Shown here: one piece after another, positions 1 through 9,876 of the stretch
Numbering within the stretch: the stretch's first letter is position 1
Layout: every line of letters starts with the position of its first letter
NCBI GenBank assembly: GCA_963762565.1
Contig: CAVXLD010000010.1
Coordinates: forward strand, 416,001-480,000
Direction of reading: 5' to 3'
Length of the DNA: 64,000 nt
Origin: an uncultured Verrucomicrobiae bacterium
Lineage (GTDB): Bacteria; Verrucomicrobiota; Verrucomicrobiia; Chthoniobacterales; JAFAMB01
Made by a program: the position numbers and the translations under genes
Notes under the pieces: model-generated
The model's database searches: none
What the model was told of the DNA's origin: nothing
The model's input: the letters and a program-made list of their open reading frames with translations, nothing else

Positions 1-132
1 CAATTTGTGGAACATGGCTCGATCAATATCTTGCGAGAGAAGCACGGCATAACTGCGGCTGCCGCCTTGGAGAAAATTCGTCCTTTTATCAAGAAGCAGC
101 TGGGAACGAAACAGGGCCGTCCGGCAGCCTAA
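1..132 (+). CDS. dxs: 3' end of 1-deoxy-D-xylulose-5-phosphate synthase (partial)
   Basis: Frame 1 reads QFVEHGSINILREKHGITAAAALEKI...PAA*, matching the DXS C-terminal (PD)xFIEHG...L...G motif. Confidence 0.7.
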   Translation, partial: QFVEHGSINILREKHGITAAAALEKIRPFIKKQLGTKQGRPAA

Positions 133-134
133 AG

Positions 135-459
135 AAGGAGTTAGGAGCTAGAATCTAGGAGCTAGGAGAAGCGTGGCGGCTCGGTGACAGTCGTTCTCGT
201 CCTTCGTCGTTCCGACTTCGCTCGGTGATGGAGCTTACAACCTACAAACCAAAAGCCTCGTCGGACAGGCTGTCCTCGTGCTCGAAACGCAAATTCTTCC
301 CAAGATTGCGTAAGACCTGGGATTTTCGATTGCTGCCAGAGACTAGCTCAGGAGACTCATGCTGCGCGGCGAGCTAACAATCCACTTTCGAGAACGACGA
401 CGAGGACGAGAACGATTACGAAGGAGCCGCGGCACGCTCCTCCTAGATCCTAGCTCCTT
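135..459. repeat. Nested palindromic element: (GGAGCTA)n arms > TCGTCC-type arms > 61-nt CCTGTCCGAC insert
   Basis: aggagctagaatctaggagctaggag...ctcctagatcctagctcct encloses tcgttctcgtcc...gacgaggacgagaacga; insert at 211-271. Confidence 0.85.
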
Positions 460-479
460 TTAAGGCTAACGTTCACCAG

Positions 480-1499
480 ATGGCGCCCACGATTGTCGCG
501 AAGGACCTTTCGAAGTTCTATCGCACCTATAAGAAGCGCTCCGGTTTAGTCGGAGCGCTGCAAGGCTTGGTTCGCCGGGACTTCGAGGAAACTCGTGCGG
601 TCGATCGAGTTTCGTTCTCGATCGAACAAGGGGAATTCGTTGGATTCCTGGGGCCAAATGGAGCCGGAAAGACCACGGTTCTAAAAATGTTGTCGGGCTT
701 GCTGGTCCCGACTTCCGGCTCCGCATCGGTGCTGGGGTTCAAGCCTTGGGAACGAAAACCGGAGTTTAAACGGCAATTCAGCCTGGTGCTGGGACAGAAA
801 AACTCGCTCTGGTGGGATTTGCCGGCTCGGGAATCACTGGAGTTAAACCGGGCTATCTATCAGATCCCGCGGGCGACTTATGAGAACACCGTTGGTGAAT
901 TGGTCGAGCTCCTCGATGTGCGTGACAAACTGAACGTGATGGTGCGCGAGCTCAGTCTCGGAGAACGGATGAAAATGGAATTGATCTCCGCCTTCCTGCA
1001 TCAGCCAAAGATCCTTTTCCTGGATGAACCCACGATTGGTCTGGATGTAGTCAGCCAAAAGAACGTCCGCGAATTCTTACGCCACCATAGCGCCCAGAGA
1101 AAGACATCGACGATTTTGACCAGCCACTACATGCAGGACATTGCAGAGCTCTGTCAACGAGTCCTCATTATCGACCATGGACGCGTCTTTTTTGATGGCG
1201 AACTGTCGGAGATCATCGAGCAGTTTTCGGGGCACAAATTTCTGCAATTCACTTTTCGCGTCGCCACCCCTTACCAACCGACCTGGGGCGAGATCGTAAG
1301 TAAATCGGGAATGTCCATTACTCTGAAAGTCCCTCGGGAAAAAGTGACGGAGATCTGCCAAGACATTCTAGCGACGGGTAACGTTCAGGATTTCAGCGTC
1401 GAGGAGGAACCGATCGAGGACATTATCCGCGAGATCTTTGAGCGACAGCACGAGAGAACAAAGGAGCTGAGAACAAAGGAGCTAGAAGCTAGAATCTAG
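480..1499 (+). CDS. ABC-2 type exporter ATP-binding protein
   Basis: Walker A GPNGAGKTT, signature LSLGERMK, Walker B ILFLDEPT, H-loop TSHYM; no permease adjacent. Confidence 0.92.
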   Translation: MAPTIVAKDLSKFYRTYKKRSGLVGALQGLVRRDFEETRAVDRVSFSIEQGEFVGFLGPNGAGKTTVLKMLSGLLVPTSGSASVLGFKPWERKPEFKRQFSLVLGQKNSLWWDLPARESLELNRAIYQIPRATYENTVGELVELLDVRDKLNVMVRELSLGERMKMELISAFLHQPKILFLDEPTIGLDVVSQKNVREFLRHHSAQRKTSTILTSHYMQDIAELCQRVLIIDHGRVFFDGELSEIIEQFSGHKFLQFTFRVATPYQPTWGEIVSKSGMSITLKVPREKVTEICQDILATGNVQDFSVEEEPIEDIIREIFERQHERTKELRTKELEARI

Positions 1500-1697
1500 G
1501 AGCTAGGCGCTTCGCGACAGTCGTTCTCGTCCTCGTCGTCGATTGGGGGCGACGAAACGCATGCGCGGCTCCCCTCCGGACGTTGGATCGGTGCGGGCCA
1601 ATTCAGCTTACAAACTTTCGAGGACGAGGACGAGAACGATTAAGATAGAGCCTCGACACGCCTCCACTAGCTCCCAGATTCTAGCTCCTAGCTCCTT
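1476..1697. repeat. Nested (GGAGCTA)n / TCGTCC palindromic element between convergent genes
   Basis: Same arms as 135-459; the arms supply the TAG stops of both flanking genes. Confidence 0.85.
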
Positions 1698-2368
1698 TTA
1701 TTGATCTGCCTGATGATCAACGTCGCGGCACAAGCCGCGCCGTACCCATTATCGATATTCACAACCGTGATTCCGCTCGAACAGCTGTTCAACATTGTGA
1801 GAAGAGCCGATAGACCTGACATATTGAGACCGTAACCGACGCTGGTAGGCACCGCGATAACCGGACAGGACAAAAGCCCCGATATAACGCTAGGCAAAGC
1901 GCCTTCCATCCCTGCCACCACAATTACTACGTCACAGCTAGCCACCTCATGAGCAGCTCGGATGGTTCGTTGCAGCCCGGCTACCCCCGCGTCATTGACG
2001 ATCTTGGCTTCGACCCCTACCAAACCCAGCGTTACAGCTGCTTCTTCCAGTACCGGCAAATCTGCGGTTCCTGCCCCTACGAGCCCGACAGTTCCAGCTA
2101 ACTTAGGGAGCGCATTCCGTTCGATGGTCAGACATTGCGAACGCTCGTGATAGAGCGCTTCCGGATGAGCTAAAATCACTGCCTCGGCCTTTATTTTGGA
2201 AACTCGGGTTGCCAACGCGACGCCATTGCGATCGGCTAGAACACGCAGGATGGCGATTAGCTCTTGCGCCGTTTTCGGTTCTCCATAAATAGCTTCGGGC
2301 AAACCACGCCGGCCCAACCGTGCTACGTCGATCTTGGCGAATTCCAAATCGACCGTGTCTTCGTGCAT
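1688..2368 (-). CDS. larB: Nickel pincer cofactor biosynthesis protein LarB (AIR carboxylase-like)
   Basis: GLPEAIY.EPK, AGTADLPV, DAGVAGL, VAGMEGALPSV, PTSVGYG, VNIDNGYGA motifs. Confidence 0.9.
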   Translation of the reverse strand: MHEDTVDLEFAKIDVARLGRRGLPEAIYGEPKTAQELIAILRVLADRNGVALATRVSKIKAEAVILAHPEALYHERSQCLTIERNALPKLAGTVGLVGAGTADLPVLEEAAVTLGLVGVEAKIVNDAGVAGLQRTIRAAHEVASCDVVIVVAGMEGALPSVISGLLSCPVIAVPTSVGYGLNMSGLSALLTMLNSCSSGITVVNIDNGYGAACAATLIIRQINKRS

Positions 2369-2384
2369 ATAAATAAAGGGAGCG

Positions 2385-2536
2385 AGGAGCTAGAATCTAG
2401 GAGCTAGGAGAGCCTCTCGTGGCTCTATCATAATCGTTCTCGTCCTCGGTCGTCGTCCTTGTTCTCGAAAGTAGGGTGTTGGCTCGCCGAGCTGCAGCGC
2501 GCTCTCCTAACTCCTGGATTCTAGCTCCTGGCTCCT
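2385..2536. repeat. (GGAGCTA)n palindromic element with a half TCGTCC unit
   Basis: aggagctagaatctaggagctaggag...ctcctaactcctggattctagctcct; supplies the stop of the GNAT gene. Confidence 0.8.
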
Positions 2537-3024
2537 TCCTGGGGTTGCGCGTGGGCCGCTGCCGAAGTACCGAGCCACAAACGCATCGGAACCATCGCTG
2601 AGCGTTGGAAGCCATATTTTTCAAAAAACGCGAGCGACTCCTCGCTGGCTCGCTCGGTCAGCAAAGTGATCCGCAGAAAATCTTTCTGTTTGGCGTATTC
2701 GATCGCATACTTGAGCAGCTCGGCACCAAACCCTTGCCGGCGAAAATCCTTGTGAATGATCAGGTCCTCCAGAAGAATGACGAATCCGCCCTCTGCCGTG
2801 CTGATCGTGAAAAGCAGATTGATCATTCCGATGATTTGGGTCGCGCTACGCAACACCAAAATACGGCCACGGCTCGGCTGTTCCAAAATCAGGCGCAAAC
2901 CGCGGATTTGTGAATTGTAATCCGGCCTGAAATCCGATTCCTGCGCGAACAGGTCCATCAATAGCTCCGCTAGCAATGGCAGATCTTCCATTGTGGCAGG
3001 TTCAATACGGGTCAGACCGAGCAT
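2521..3024 (-). CDS. GNAT family N-acetyltransferase
   Basis: Acetyl-CoA motif DFRRQGFGAELL and FFEKYGF. Confidence 0.88.
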   Translation of the reverse strand: MLGLTRIEPATMEDLPLLAELLMDLFAQESDFRPDYNSQIRGLRLILEQPSRGRILVLRSATQIIGMINLLFTISTAEGGFVILLEDLIIHKDFRRQGFGAELLKYAIEYAKQKDFLRITLLTERASEESLAFFEKYGFQRSAMVPMRLWLGTSAAAHAQPQEGARS

Positions 3025-3052
3025 CGCGCCCGTAAGATGCCAAAGGGAAGAG

Positions 3053-3192
3053 AGGAGTTCAAGGAGTTGCAGGAGTTCAGGAGTTCAGGAGCCTGCTATC
3101 GTTGCTGTAGGGTTGCTCCCAGATTCTCAGATAAAGCTTTATCCGTGCAATTCCGTGGTTCCGCCAAGCCTGAACTCCTGAACTCCTGAACT
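3053..3192. repeat. (GGAGTTCA)n / (TGAACTCC)n inverted octamer-repeat element
   Basis: ggagttcaaggagttgcaggagttcaggagttcagg...cctgaactcctgaactcctgaact. Confidence 0.8.
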
Positions 3193-3341
3193 GGCACCAA
3201 GCGATAGCCGATGATATGCTGCGATCCGTCAATTAATACGGCAATTTCGGCCTGAGCCCTTGGGTGGCGATGCCGTTTGCTGCCGATTTTTTGCAACTCG
3301 ATTAACAATTTCTCGTATTTCCCTGTGGAAATGCGGCGCCT

Positions 3342-5201
3342 ATGAATTCCGAGAATCCGGCTTTCGATCCGACTCGGCTTCTGTTGGCGCTCCGCCGCAG
3401 CGAGCTCTTCGCTTCGCTTTCCGCTGAGGCAATGGCCGCCCTCGAAGCTCAGCTAACGCCGGTCACCCTGATGAGTGGCGAAGTCCTGTTCAAGGAAGGC
3501 GAGCCGAGTGATAGCCTGTACATTGTCATTAGCGGGCGTTTACGAGTTGTTTCCCGCGCGGCGGAGGACCAATCCGAGCGGCTTGTGGCGGACCTTGGGC
3601 ATGGCGAAATCGTCGGCGAGATGGGTCTGGTGTGCGGAGAACCACGCTCGGCAACCGTTGTAGCGATAAGAGACACGAACCTCGCTAAACTCACCGAAGA
3701 ACGCTTTAATCAACTCGAGCCAAGTTGTGTTCAACCCATCTACTCGGCGATCATTCGTCAACTCGCTTCCCGACTTAGAAACGAAACTGCCGGCATTCGA
3801 ATCCGGAAGCCGACGGCCCGTTGTGTGGCGATTGTCGGGCTGTCGAACGATGTTTCGATAAGAACTTTCACGGACTCTTTGACCAACGAGCTAGCCGAGG
3901 AAGGAGCCGTCCTAAGGTTAAATAGCGAGCGAGCAGACAGCCTGTTCGGGGTGCCAGGCGCAGCCCAATCAATGGGTGGAGACGGCACTCCAGCTCGCTT
4001 CGTCGACTGGCTCAATGAAAAGGAAACTCGCTATTCTAAGGTATTATACGAGGCCGACGCATTGAATTCCGCATGGACGGCGCGCTGCCTTCGCCAAGCG
4101 GACCAAATTTTGGTGATCGTTCGCGCCGGCGACGACTATGTGGAGGCCGGTTCCCGAGCGGCAGGTCTTTGGGGAACTGGAGACGCATCTAATAAGCCCA
4201 GGATTCTAGTGATTCTCCACCACGACGGCAATACCCCGCCAACCGGAACTCGTGAGTGGATCCTGCGAATCCCCGCAGTGCGCCACTTCCATGTCCGGAT
4301 GAATAACGAACGGGATTTCGCGCGTTTGGCTCGTTTTCTGAATGATCGATCAGTCGGCTTAGCTCTAGGCGGCGGTTTCGCCCGCGGCATCGGGCACATC
4401 GGCGTGATACGCGCGCTGCACGAGCTCGATATTCCCATCGACATAGTTGGCGGCACCAGCATGGGCGCGATCATCGCAGCAGAGTGCGCCTTTGAATGGG
4501 ATCTCCAAAAAATGCTGGAACTCACCTGTAAGAACTCCGCTAAGTCGGTGCGCCACGACTATACCATCCCGGTAGTCTCTTTTATGACCGGACGAAAAGT
4601 CTCCCAAGCCCTCACTGCTTTCGGCGCAAACAAGGATATCGAAGACATGTGGCTGCCATACTTTTGTGTGTCAGCCAATCTCACTCGCGCGGAAGGGAAA
4701 GTGCACTTGTCAGGGGACGTCTCGCGGAGCGTAATTGCCAGCAGCCGGGCGCCGGGAGTTTTCCCGCCAGTGACCTGGGACAATGAACTCCTGTACGACG
4801 GAGGTCTCGTCGATATAGTCCCATTTGACGTGGCTCGAGATTTAGTCGGTCAGGGCACGGTGATTTCAGTTGCTGCCTCGCCTCCGGTCGAGTACCGGAA
4901 TGTCGATTTTGGTTTGTCGTTCTCGGGCTGGGAAGGTCTTCGCCGGCAGCTCTTTTCCAAGAAGGAACGGCTTCCAGGCTTACTTGATTTGCTGATGAGG
5001 ACGCTCGACTTCGGGCGCACACCGGCCGCTCGGTTGCGGCACTTGGCTGACGCTTATCTTACTCTTCCACTGGGCAATTTCACGTACGGCGACTTTCGTC
5101 GCGGATCTGAAATCGCCGAGGTCGGGTATCGTTTTGCAATCGACTATTTCGGGGGGTGGCTCGAATCAAACGGCCGTCCATGGCTACGATCGGATTCGTG
5201 A
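3342..5201 (+). CDS. Cyclic nucleotide-binding patatin-like phospholipase (NTE/RssA family)
   Basis: N-terminal cNMP domain (GEMGL..GEPRSATV); patatin motifs GGGFARG, GTSMG, DGG. Confidence 0.92.
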   Translation: MNSENPAFDPTRLLLALRRSELFASLSAEAMAALEAQLTPVTLMSGEVLFKEGEPSDSLYIVISGRLRVVSRAAEDQSERLVADLGHGEIVGEMGLVCGEPRSATVVAIRDTNLAKLTEERFNQLEPSCVQPIYSAIIRQLASRLRNETAGIRIRKPTARCVAIVGLSNDVSIRTFTDSLTNELAEEGAVLRLNSERADSLFGVPGAAQSMGGDGTPARFVDWLNEKETRYSKVLYEADALNSAWTARCLRQADQILVIVRAGDDYVEAGSRAAGLWGTGDASNKPRILVILHHDGNTPPTGTREWILRIPAVRHFHVRMNNERDFARLARFLNDRSVGLALGGGFARGIGHIGVIRALHELDIPIDIVGGTSMGAIIAAECAFEWDLQKMLELTCKNSAKSVRHDYTIPVVSFMTGRKVSQALTAFGANKDIEDMWLPYFCVSANLTRAEGKVHLSGDVSRSVIASSRAPGVFPPVTWDNELLYDGGLVDIVPFDVARDLVGQGTVISVAASPPVEYRNVDFGLSFSGWEGLRRQLFSKKERLPGLLDLLMRTLDFGRTPAARLRHLADAYLTLPLGNFTYGDFRRGSEIAEVGYRFAIDYFGGWLESNGRPWLRSDS

Positions 5202-5226
5202 GCACTTCGTTCTCATCCTCGTCTTT

Positions 5227-5434
5227 GGTGGGGCGAGGCTCCCGAATAGCCCGCCGGATGACCAAGGTGCAACGCACAAACGCCGTGATGAATGAGCAAG
5301 GCCGAAAAGACGCGCCGAGCCGTGGCCCACGATAGACCACGGCTCGGCGCGATTTAGGGCCTAACAAATGATGGGGATCGGCGTTTCCAACCGCTTCGGT
5401 CAATCGCTGGGCTCTTCGGGAGCCTCGCCCCACC
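5227..5434. repeat. Family C ~208-nt REPIN-like hairpin
   Basis: ggtggggcgaggctcccga...tcgggagcctcgccccacc with central cgcgccgagccgtgg/ccacggctcggcgcg. Confidence 0.9.
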
Positions 5435-5500
5435 AACTCGAGAACTAGGCACATCGTTCCGACATCAAACCGAGGGCCGAGAGACTTTCGGCCAACGAGG

Positions 5501-6121
5501 CTAGTCTCTCTCGCCACTTCGCGGCAAAGCTCGCACCAGCGCTTCCAACCGGTCTGCAAGCTTGCCCGTCAGTCGCAACATTCGAGCCGCGAAAACCGTG
5601 GCATCACCCAGATCTTTTAACCCTGAGAATTTTCGCTTAGAAAATATCGCGGGGATTGCCTCATCGATGGCATCGGAGATCATCCGAGCCGTAACCAATG
5701 GTATCCCCTTGCGGCGGCACAGGCTCGCGATTGCTTCCGACTCCATATCGACTGCCACCGCGCCCTGCGAACGGTTCAATGACCATTTGGCCGAAGCCGA
5801 AGCGACTTGCTGCACTTGGAAAAAGGGACCGGCAGCATCGAAGATTTTCTGCCGGCTCAGAAACTCTGCAATATCAGCATCCGTGTAGTTGGTGGATAAA
5901 ACAAAATCGCCTGGCTCCAATAAGGAGCGAGTTGCACCGGCGAAACCCGAACTAATGACCATTCGCGGTTTGGTCAGCTCGACTGACCGCTGAAGCTCCG
6001 CGATACGGCCGGCGCCAATCCCAACAAAGCTAAGCGAAACTTCCTGCCCTCCAAAAACTCCTCGAACCCGGCGTCTGACGACTCGGGCCTCTTCTGGCAA
6101 GGCAAAAACCAGCTTCAGCAT
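5501..6121 (-). CDS. Purine/uridine phosphorylase superfamily protein (MTA nucleosidase / HpnG-like)
   Basis: GIG, SSGFAGA, AVDMES, RMISD motifs. Confidence 0.75.
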   Translation of the reverse strand: MLKLVFALPEEARVVRRRVRGVFGGQEVSLSFVGIGAGRIAELQRSVELTKPRMVISSGFAGATRSLLEPGDFVLSTNYTDADIAEFLSRQKIFDAAGPFFQVQQVASASAKWSLNRSQGAVAVDMESEAIASLCRRKGIPLVTARMISDAIDEAIPAIFSKRKFSGLKDLGDATVFAARMLRLTGKLADRLEALVRALPRSGERD

Positions 6122-6125
6122 ACGT

Positions 6126-6566
6126 TCAGCCCTGGGCTTTGATCTGCACGGTGACCACGCACCTTGCCGGTGAAGCGGCTGGGCTCGCCTCAGGTAGGTC
6201 TTTGAACCCGTCCGTCACGGCATCAATAAAGCTTTTTCGGTTCTCCACCGGGATCTCTGCGATTAAGTCCGTAGTAGCCCCGGCATCCGATTGTTTGCTC
6301 ACCGCGCTCCCGCCCAATTTGGTGGCCAAATATTTCACTCGCGCCACCTCAGATTCCAATTGGGACTTCATGACCGACAACTCAACCGTCGGCTCGGATA
6401 GGCTTGACCCTCCCAATAGGTCGGACATGCGCTGCTTCAGTGAATCCGTCAATGGCTGGAGGTTAGGCTCCTGCGGATGCTGCGCCCGTGGGGCAAAGAA
6501 CAGCACGCCGGTCACCAAACAAATCGCTACCGCAAGAGTAGCTGCCACTACCAAGATCCAACGCAT
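6126..6566 (-). CDS. Hypothetical membrane-anchored protein
   Basis: N-terminal hydrophobic helix after ATG at 6566; stop lies 4 nt before the next gene. Confidence 0.6.
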   Translation of the reverse strand: MRWILVVAATLAVAICLVTGVLFFAPRAQHPQEPNLQPLTDSLKQRMSDLLGGSSLSEPTVELSVMKSQLESEVARVKYLATKLGGSAVSKQSDAGATTDLIAEIPVENRKSFIDAVTDGFKDLPEASPAASPARCVVTVQIKAQG

Positions 6567-6623
6567 AAGAATTCGCCGCCTTGCCAACGCGGGCAAAATC
6601 GGTTGAATGAGAGATTCTAAACA

Positions 6624-7622
6624 GTGATCGATTTGACGAAAGGTAAAATCCTAGTAACCGGTGGCGCAGGCTTCATCGGTAGCGCATTGATCTGGGCCCT
6701 GAATTTAAGGGGGATCGACCACATCCTGGTCTCTGATTTCCTGGGAACCGACGACAAGTGGCGGAATCTCGTCCCGCTTCGATTTGATGATTTCATTCAA
6801 CCTGAAAAATTACTGGATCGGGTCGAGCGAGATCCAAGCTCACTAGACGATATTCGCACCGTATTTCATCTCGGCGCTTGTTCCGCCACCACCGAACGCG
6901 ATCTCGGTTATCTGATGCGAAACAATTTTGAGTTTAGCAAGATCTTAGGTGAATGGTCGGCTCAGCGAAAAATCCGTTTCATCTACGCATCTTCGGCGGC
7001 CACCTATGGCGACGGATCCGCCGGAATGAAGGATGACGAGAGCTGCTTGGACCTGCTTCGGCCTCTCAACGGCTATGCGTTTTCCAAGCAACGCTTTGAT
7101 GCCTATGCTGCCCGGCGCGGCCTGCTAAGCCAGTTTATCGGGCTAAAATATTTTAACGTTTTTGGACCCAATGAAAGCCATAAGGGTGATATGCGCAGCG
7201 TTGTCCACAAAGCCTTTCAGCAGGTGCAAACCACTGGCAAGATCCAACTTTTCAAGAGCTATCGTCCAGATTATCGCGACGGCGAACAAAAGAGGGATTT
7301 CCTGTACGTGAAGGATGCGGTCGAGATGACGATCTTCTTGGCCTCAAATCCAGCGGCTGCGGGAATTTTCAACCTGGGATTTGGTCGTGCCAGGACCTGG
7401 ATTGACCTGGCAAACGCGGTCTTTTCCGCATTAGGACAGCCCCCCGTGATCGAATTTATCGAGATGCCAGATGCCCTGAGACCCAATTACCAATACTTCA
7501 CCGAGGCGACCATCGATAAGTTGGTCGGCTTGGGGTTTAAGGGTCCAACGTTCACACTGGAAGAGGCCGTGAGCGATTACGTGCAGAACTACCTCGTTCC
7601 AGGCCGGTTTTTGGAGCCCTAG
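6624..7622 (+). CDS. hldD: ADP-L-glycero-D-manno-heptose 6-epimerase
   Basis: GGAGFIGS, HLGACSAT, YASSAATYG, PLNGYAFSK, YFNVFGPNE.HKG.M.S, RDFLYVKD, YQYFTEA. Confidence 0.95.
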   Translation: MIDLTKGKILVTGGAGFIGSALIWALNLRGIDHILVSDFLGTDDKWRNLVPLRFDDFIQPEKLLDRVERDPSSLDDIRTVFHLGACSATTERDLGYLMRNNFEFSKILGEWSAQRKIRFIYASSAATYGDGSAGMKDDESCLDLLRPLNGYAFSKQRFDAYAARRGLLSQFIGLKYFNVFGPNESHKGDMRSVVHKAFQQVQTTGKIQLFKSYRPDYRDGEQKRDFLYVKDAVEMTIFLASNPAAAGIFNLGFGRARTWIDLANAVFSALGQPPVIEFIEMPDALRPNYQYFTEATIDKLVGLGFKGPTFTLEEAVSDYVQNYLVPGRFLEP

Positions 7623-7639
7623 TCCCGGAGCCCCAGATC

Positions 7640-7715
7640 GGTAGGGCGAAAAACTCGGCGCGCCCGGGATGCTGAATTCAGACTGGAAAGAACGCGCCGA
7701 GTTTTTCGCCCTGCC
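7640..7715. repeat. Family D short (76-nt) GTAG REP hairpin
   Basis: ggtagggcgaaaaactcggcgcg...cgcgccgagtttttcgccctgcc. Confidence 0.88.
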
Positions 7716-7742
7716 GCTCCTGGGTTCGTCCGATGCCAACCG

Positions 7743-7967
7743 CTAACCCAACAGATCTTCTGATAACACGCTAGTCTGCTCCCTGGACCCTAGGATTTCA
7801 GCTTGTTTTACTACCGCTGCTGGATCGGCATTGAAACGATACCCATGACAGCTCGGGCAAGTGGCCACGCGCTGGGTCACGATAGAGTCGCATCCCTCAC
7901 AGATCTTGTATAAATGGGGCTCGCGAGCGATTTCGGCCGCCTTAGCTGCTCGCTGCGAAAGAGACAT
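7743..7967 (-). CDS. Small zinc-ribbon protein
   Basis: CEGC-x10-CPSC in a 74-aa ORF. Confidence 0.75.
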   Translation of the reverse strand: MSLSQRAAKAAEIAREPHLYKICEGCDSIVTQRVATCPSCHGYRFNADPAAVVKQAEILGSREQTSVLSEDLLG

Positions 7968-8013
7968 ATCTCTTATATCTTCATTAAAGCTGCTCTCTTG
8001 GCAAGCCGGCAGC

Positions 8014-8157
8014 GGTTATAGGTTATAGGTTTTAAGTTATAGGTTGTACGTTTTAAGTTGCGCGCTCGGTGCTCAAGCTGCAAATCGCCCAGGCGCTGTC
8101 CCCGGCCGCCGGCCCAAAACCTAAAACTTAGAACGTAAAACCTAAAACCTAGAACTT
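8014..8157. repeat. (GGTTWTA)n / (AAACCTA)n inverted heptamer-repeat element
   Basis: ggttataggttataggttttaagttatagg...aaacctaaaacttagaacgtaaaacctaaaacctag. Confidence 0.8.
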
Positions 8158-9108
8158 TTAACTGTTTCGGGGCAAGAACTCGGATTCTAGAGCCAGCGCA
8201 GCCGCCCCAATTATGCCGGCATCGTTACCGAGTGCCGCCGGAACAATCTCGAGATTTTCCCAAAACGTCTTCTCGCACCGGTTCTGGATCGTCTGCCGAA
8301 TATACTGGAAAAGCCGTTCTCCAGCTTGGGAAACCCCGCCCCCAAGCACGATCCGACCAGGGTTGACCAACCAAATTACATTCGTGAGTCCGACCCCGAT
8401 TTTAAGTCCGATATCCCGCCAAACTTGGTCGGCCAGCCCATCTCCCTGCTCAGCGGCCTTTGACAAATTCCTCGGATCACCCTCTTCGTCCGAAATGCGC
8501 ACTCCTGCTGCTGAGTATATTTCCCTTGCCCGATCCGCGATCTTGTAGTGGCCAACGTAGGCTTCTAACGCGCCTTTATTCCCGTAGACAAAATCAACCC
8601 CTTGATAGTCAATCGACATCTGTCCTATTTCGCCGGCGACAAAGTTTGTGCCTCGGTACAATTTCCCATTCAGGATTAAGGCTCCACCGACCGCCGTGCC
8701 CAGGGTGACACATACAGTGTTGGGAACTTGCGCGCCGGCTCCGTGTTTCCACTCCGCGTAGGCCATGGCCTTAGCATCGTTTTCCAGGTTGGTTACGAGC
8801 CCGGTCGCCGACTGAACAATTTCGCGCAATGGGATTTTGATCCAGCCTCTCACGTTTGTCAGACGAATGACCATCCCTTGGACCGGATCAATGATCCCCG
8901 GAACCCCAAACCCTACCGATTGAACTTCCGGATGACGTGCTTTTAGTGCCTTGATTTCCTTGATCATCTCGGAAACCAGAGCATCGGTGTTCCCGTCCTG
9001 TCGGGTCTCTATCACGTTGCCCTTCTCTAGGATGACTCCATCCCTAACGACTCCGGTCTTGATGGTAGTCGCGCCAAAATCGAATCCGATAGCGGTTGCT
9101 GAGCTCAT
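8158..9108 (-). CDS. ROK family sugar kinase (glucokinase-like)
   Basis: GFDFGAT, GVPG, LENDA, LGTAVGG, AGEIG, LGGG, LGNDAGIIGAA. Confidence 0.9.
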   Translation of the reverse strand: MSSATAIGFDFGATTIKTGVVRDGVILEKGNVIETRQDGNTDALVSEMIKEIKALKARHPEVQSVGFGVPGIIDPVQGMVIRLTNVRGWIKIPLREIVQSATGLVTNLENDAKAMAYAEWKHGAGAQVPNTVCVTLGTAVGGALILNGKLYRGTNFVAGEIGQMSIDYQGVDFVYGNKGALEAYVGHYKIADRAREIYSAAGVRISDEEGDPRNLSKAAEQGDGLADQVWRDIGLKIGVGLTNVIWLVNPGRIVLGGGVSQAGERLFQYIRQTIQNRCEKTFWENLEIVPAALGNDAGIIGAAALALESEFLPRNS

Positions 9109-9839
9109 GAGGGGAGGTTTCGAGTTGCTATGATGCGTAGCCCTTCCAGAGTGAGGTCAGGATCTACGATTTGCAACTCCGGAAGTTTCGCGGCGATCAA
9201 AGGCGCATAGCTGCCAGTTGCCACGATGTGAGCTTTCCCTTCGAGCTTGGCAACGATCTCGGTCACGATTTGTCTGACCAAACCCCGGTACCCATAGACG
9301 GCGCCAGCTAGCATCGCTTCCCGCGTGGATTTGCCGATGACGTCGGTTGGTTCCTCCAGATCGATCCGTGGTAACAGCGCCGTCTTTTGATAGAGATACT
9401 CGGTCATTACTCCGAGCCCGGGAGCAATTACCCCGCCTATATATCGGCCCTCTCGGGAAATGATATCGAAGGTGACAGCCGTCCCAAAATCCACCACCAC
9501 CGCAGGTGTACCGTGTCGGTGTGAAACACCGACTGCATTAGCAATACGGTCCGCGCCAATGGTTTCAGGCCGGGGAAAGTCGATCCCGACACCTAAATCA
9601 AGCTTCGGGCCGACCTCTAACAGCGGTGCTTTGACTAACTTCAAAAATATCCCTGTCTTTTGAGGCACTACCGACCCAACCAACGCGAAATCAAAAGACC
9701 AACGCTGCAAAACCCGGCGCACGCCGGCCACAGTCAGCTTCTTCGTTGGGATTACAGCTTTCTTCAGCAGCTTCTCCGCGTCCGACAACGCCAGTTTTGT
9801 CGAGGTATTGTTCAGGTTAACTAAGAGAAATCGGTTCAT
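9105..9839 (-). CDS. coaX: Type III pantothenate kinase
   Basis: GSVVP, IGADRIAN, VVDFGTAVTFD, GGVIAPG, LTLEGL. Confidence 0.9.
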   Translation of the reverse strand: MNRFLLVNLNNTSTKLALSDAEKLLKKAVIPTKKLTVAGVRRVLQRWSFDFALVGSVVPQKTGIFLKLVKAPLLEVGPKLDLGVGIDFPRPETIGADRIANAVGVSHRHGTPAVVVDFGTAVTFDIISREGRYIGGVIAPGLGVMTEYLYQKTALLPRIDLEEPTDVIGKSTREAMLAGAVYGYRGLVRQIVTEIVAKLEGKAHIVATGSYAPLIAAKLPELQIVDPDLTLEGLRIIATRNLPS

Positions 9840-9876
9840 GGTTTAGAGGAATGTGGGAGCCGCGAAGCCGAGGGTC

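Noticed and set aside
1688..2368. Complete lactate racemase (lar) cluster
   Set aside because: Only larB is present; larA, larC and larE are not in the window, and scattered lar genes are common.
2397..2624. Short ORFs spanning intergenic repeats (e.g. 2397-2624, 9843-10181, 11960-12322, 22300-22614, 39220-39594)
   Set aside because: Translations of GC-rich palindromes with no protein-family signal.
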